Source of the DNA: Hydrolagus affinis
Taxonomy: Eukaryota
Reading direction: 5' to 3'
Length of the DNA: 64,000 bases
Assembly: GCA_012026655.1 (NCBI GenBank)
Contig: JAAILG010000276.1
Coordinates: 1 to 64,000, forward strand
Every line of letters starts with the position of its first letter. Position 1 is the stretch's first letter. Under the pieces are notes generated by a model. The model made no database searches. It was not told where the DNA came from and saw only the letters and a list, made by a program, of their open reading frames with translations. Shown one piece after another: positions 62,386-64,000 of the stretch. A program made the translations under genes and the position numbers.

Positions 62386-63299
62386 GAGTAAAGTGGTGTC
62401 ACTGTGTGTATCTTATGCACACTCTTTTCGTCCTTTCTGATATTCACAACAGTTGTACTCTATGATGGTCGGCCAGACAGTTATCTCTTTGAAGCGCTAA
62501 TGGAAAACACTATCGGGACACCACTTACAGAGGAACTTGCACACACTGCTTTGTACTGGTGTAACTTTGAAGCTGATACTGGTGTCAATCCAGGTCCCAA
62601 CCAGGAGTAATTTGCAGCATGAGAAAACTCATGTTTGTTTTAAAAACTTTTGGAGCTCAATTCCAAAGCCCAGAAAGTTATATAATCATTATATTATTCA
62701 GCATCCTATCTGAGATATGTGATCTGCAAAATAATTTACCATTTTTATTTTATTTCAGTTAGGGTGGGGGAAAAAAATGAGTCATCTGGGTTTATTTTCA
62801 ATGCTTTCATTCTGTATCAAGGCAGCACAGATTGGACACATACAATTGTGGAGAAGATTGAGCTGAATAAAATGATATCTATAATGCGATGCCTGGTATG
62901 AAATTGGACTTGGTAAATTTAGTTATAGTGAAGAAAATATTAAAATTCATCCGAGAAATTCTGATTAAAAATTCCCCAGGAATTCTGCTCACAAAAATAT
63001 TCCGCAGCACTTACTGGACTCTTCAGAGAATGCAATCAAAACAATTACCATATAATACAATTTCAAGCTGTAATTCAAGAGTTTAGACATTGTAAATTCC
63101 AGCGCATTTGCAATTCTTTGCCGTCAACGTCACATTTTCATTCATTTCAATGAGAGGAAGAGTGACTCAGTTTAGAAGTTCAACAAACAAGTTGAAAAAT
63201 GCAGAGAAGCTGAGCTGATTCAATGATAAAATGTTACACACTTGAGACTATTCAGAAATCCACAACTCTATCCATAATCCTAACTCAACTGAATATATT

Positions 63300-64000
63300 T
63301 CCATTCCTGTTGTTGTTAAGCCAGCGAAATTCATTTGACTGTTCTTAAAGTCTTAAACCAGTTAAATCTATCTTTCCTGTATTTCCAAAGCAGATTAAAC
63401 CTTTCCTCACTTCTCAATCGAGCCCATCTTCCCTTTCTGTTCCTGATTATGGTTTGCTGCCATTTGTACCACATAGTCAAGCCATCAGATTCCCCTTATT
63501 TTAAGATTCTAGACCAATCAAATCAACATTTGTTAGACCTAAATTCATTAAAGATAATACTGCTCAGTCCTGACTTTTCAATCCTATCTCCTCTCAACCT
63601 TTCATTCTTCTTAATGCAACAGTATGGAATCCACCTCTCATCTTAACTAATCTCTCCTATTTATCAATCCCTCATCTTTACCCTAAACAAACTGTACCTA
63701 ATCAGAGTACATTCATTTCCTCTGTGATTTCTAAACACACTGAGCCTTCCTCCTCTTTGCTTATTTAAAACACAATTCAAAACCTAACCATTTATCTCCA
63801 ACTCAACCATTCCTATCGTTATATCCAAATTAAACCAAGATCACCTTCTGACTTTCTAAAACTCAATTAAAAACAAGTTAATCCATCTCCCCCGTTCACC
63901 CGAAACAGTCTAATTTCTCATAATTGAACAAAATTGTTCTCCTCCCTTGTACTCCAGATCTAATGATCTCAGTCTTATTGAGACAAATTAAATCTAATGT
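63300..64000 (+). mobile_element. Possible very old LINE remnant
   Basis: Strong C/T skew and G depletion on the + strand, as in the L2 at 8245; no convincing motif recovered. Confidence 0.25.

Noticed and set aside
1-64000. ORF-track entries as host genes
   Set aside because: All are short, many use non-ATG starts, and they either lack domain-like sequence or are SINE/LINE translations, such as the recurrent QMQGLLL, KCKDYYY and VRNWLP peptides

Overview
AT-rich, repeat-rich vertebrate non-coding DNA (a large intron or gene desert). The repeat complement points to a cartilaginous fish, plausibly a chimaera/elephant shark; this is inferred from SacSINE1-like Deu-SINEs, (TTG)n-tailed L2s and CR1s and was not checked against a database. 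No host protein-coding exon, true tRNA/rRNA gene or CRISPR array can be supported. The only protein-like ORFs are decayed L2 and CR1 ORF2 pieces. Contents: a young tRNA-headed SINE with a partial CORE domain and (TTA)n tail (about 8 long copies plus many 3' stubs), older Deu-domain SINEs with the same 3' tail, at least three L2 3'-end types, CR1 fragments, a Tigger/pogo-like MITE, palindromic MITE-like elements, two LF-SINE-like relics, microsatellites, a 100-N gap, and repeat-free motif-dense blocks that may be conserved enhancers. Best leads: (1) a bulged 3' stem-loop with compensatory changes shared by the SINE and two L2 types; (2) LF-SINE-like copies in an apparent chondrichthyan; (3) a CORE/Deu SINE module swap and a ~100-bp head-plus-tail mini-SINE; (4) an L2 with two in-frame internal deletions; (5) a perfect 22-bp hairpin with an adjacent duplication; (6) inverted minisatellite arrays. 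Family names rest on remembered consensus sequences, and boundaries are approximate to about 10-30 bp.
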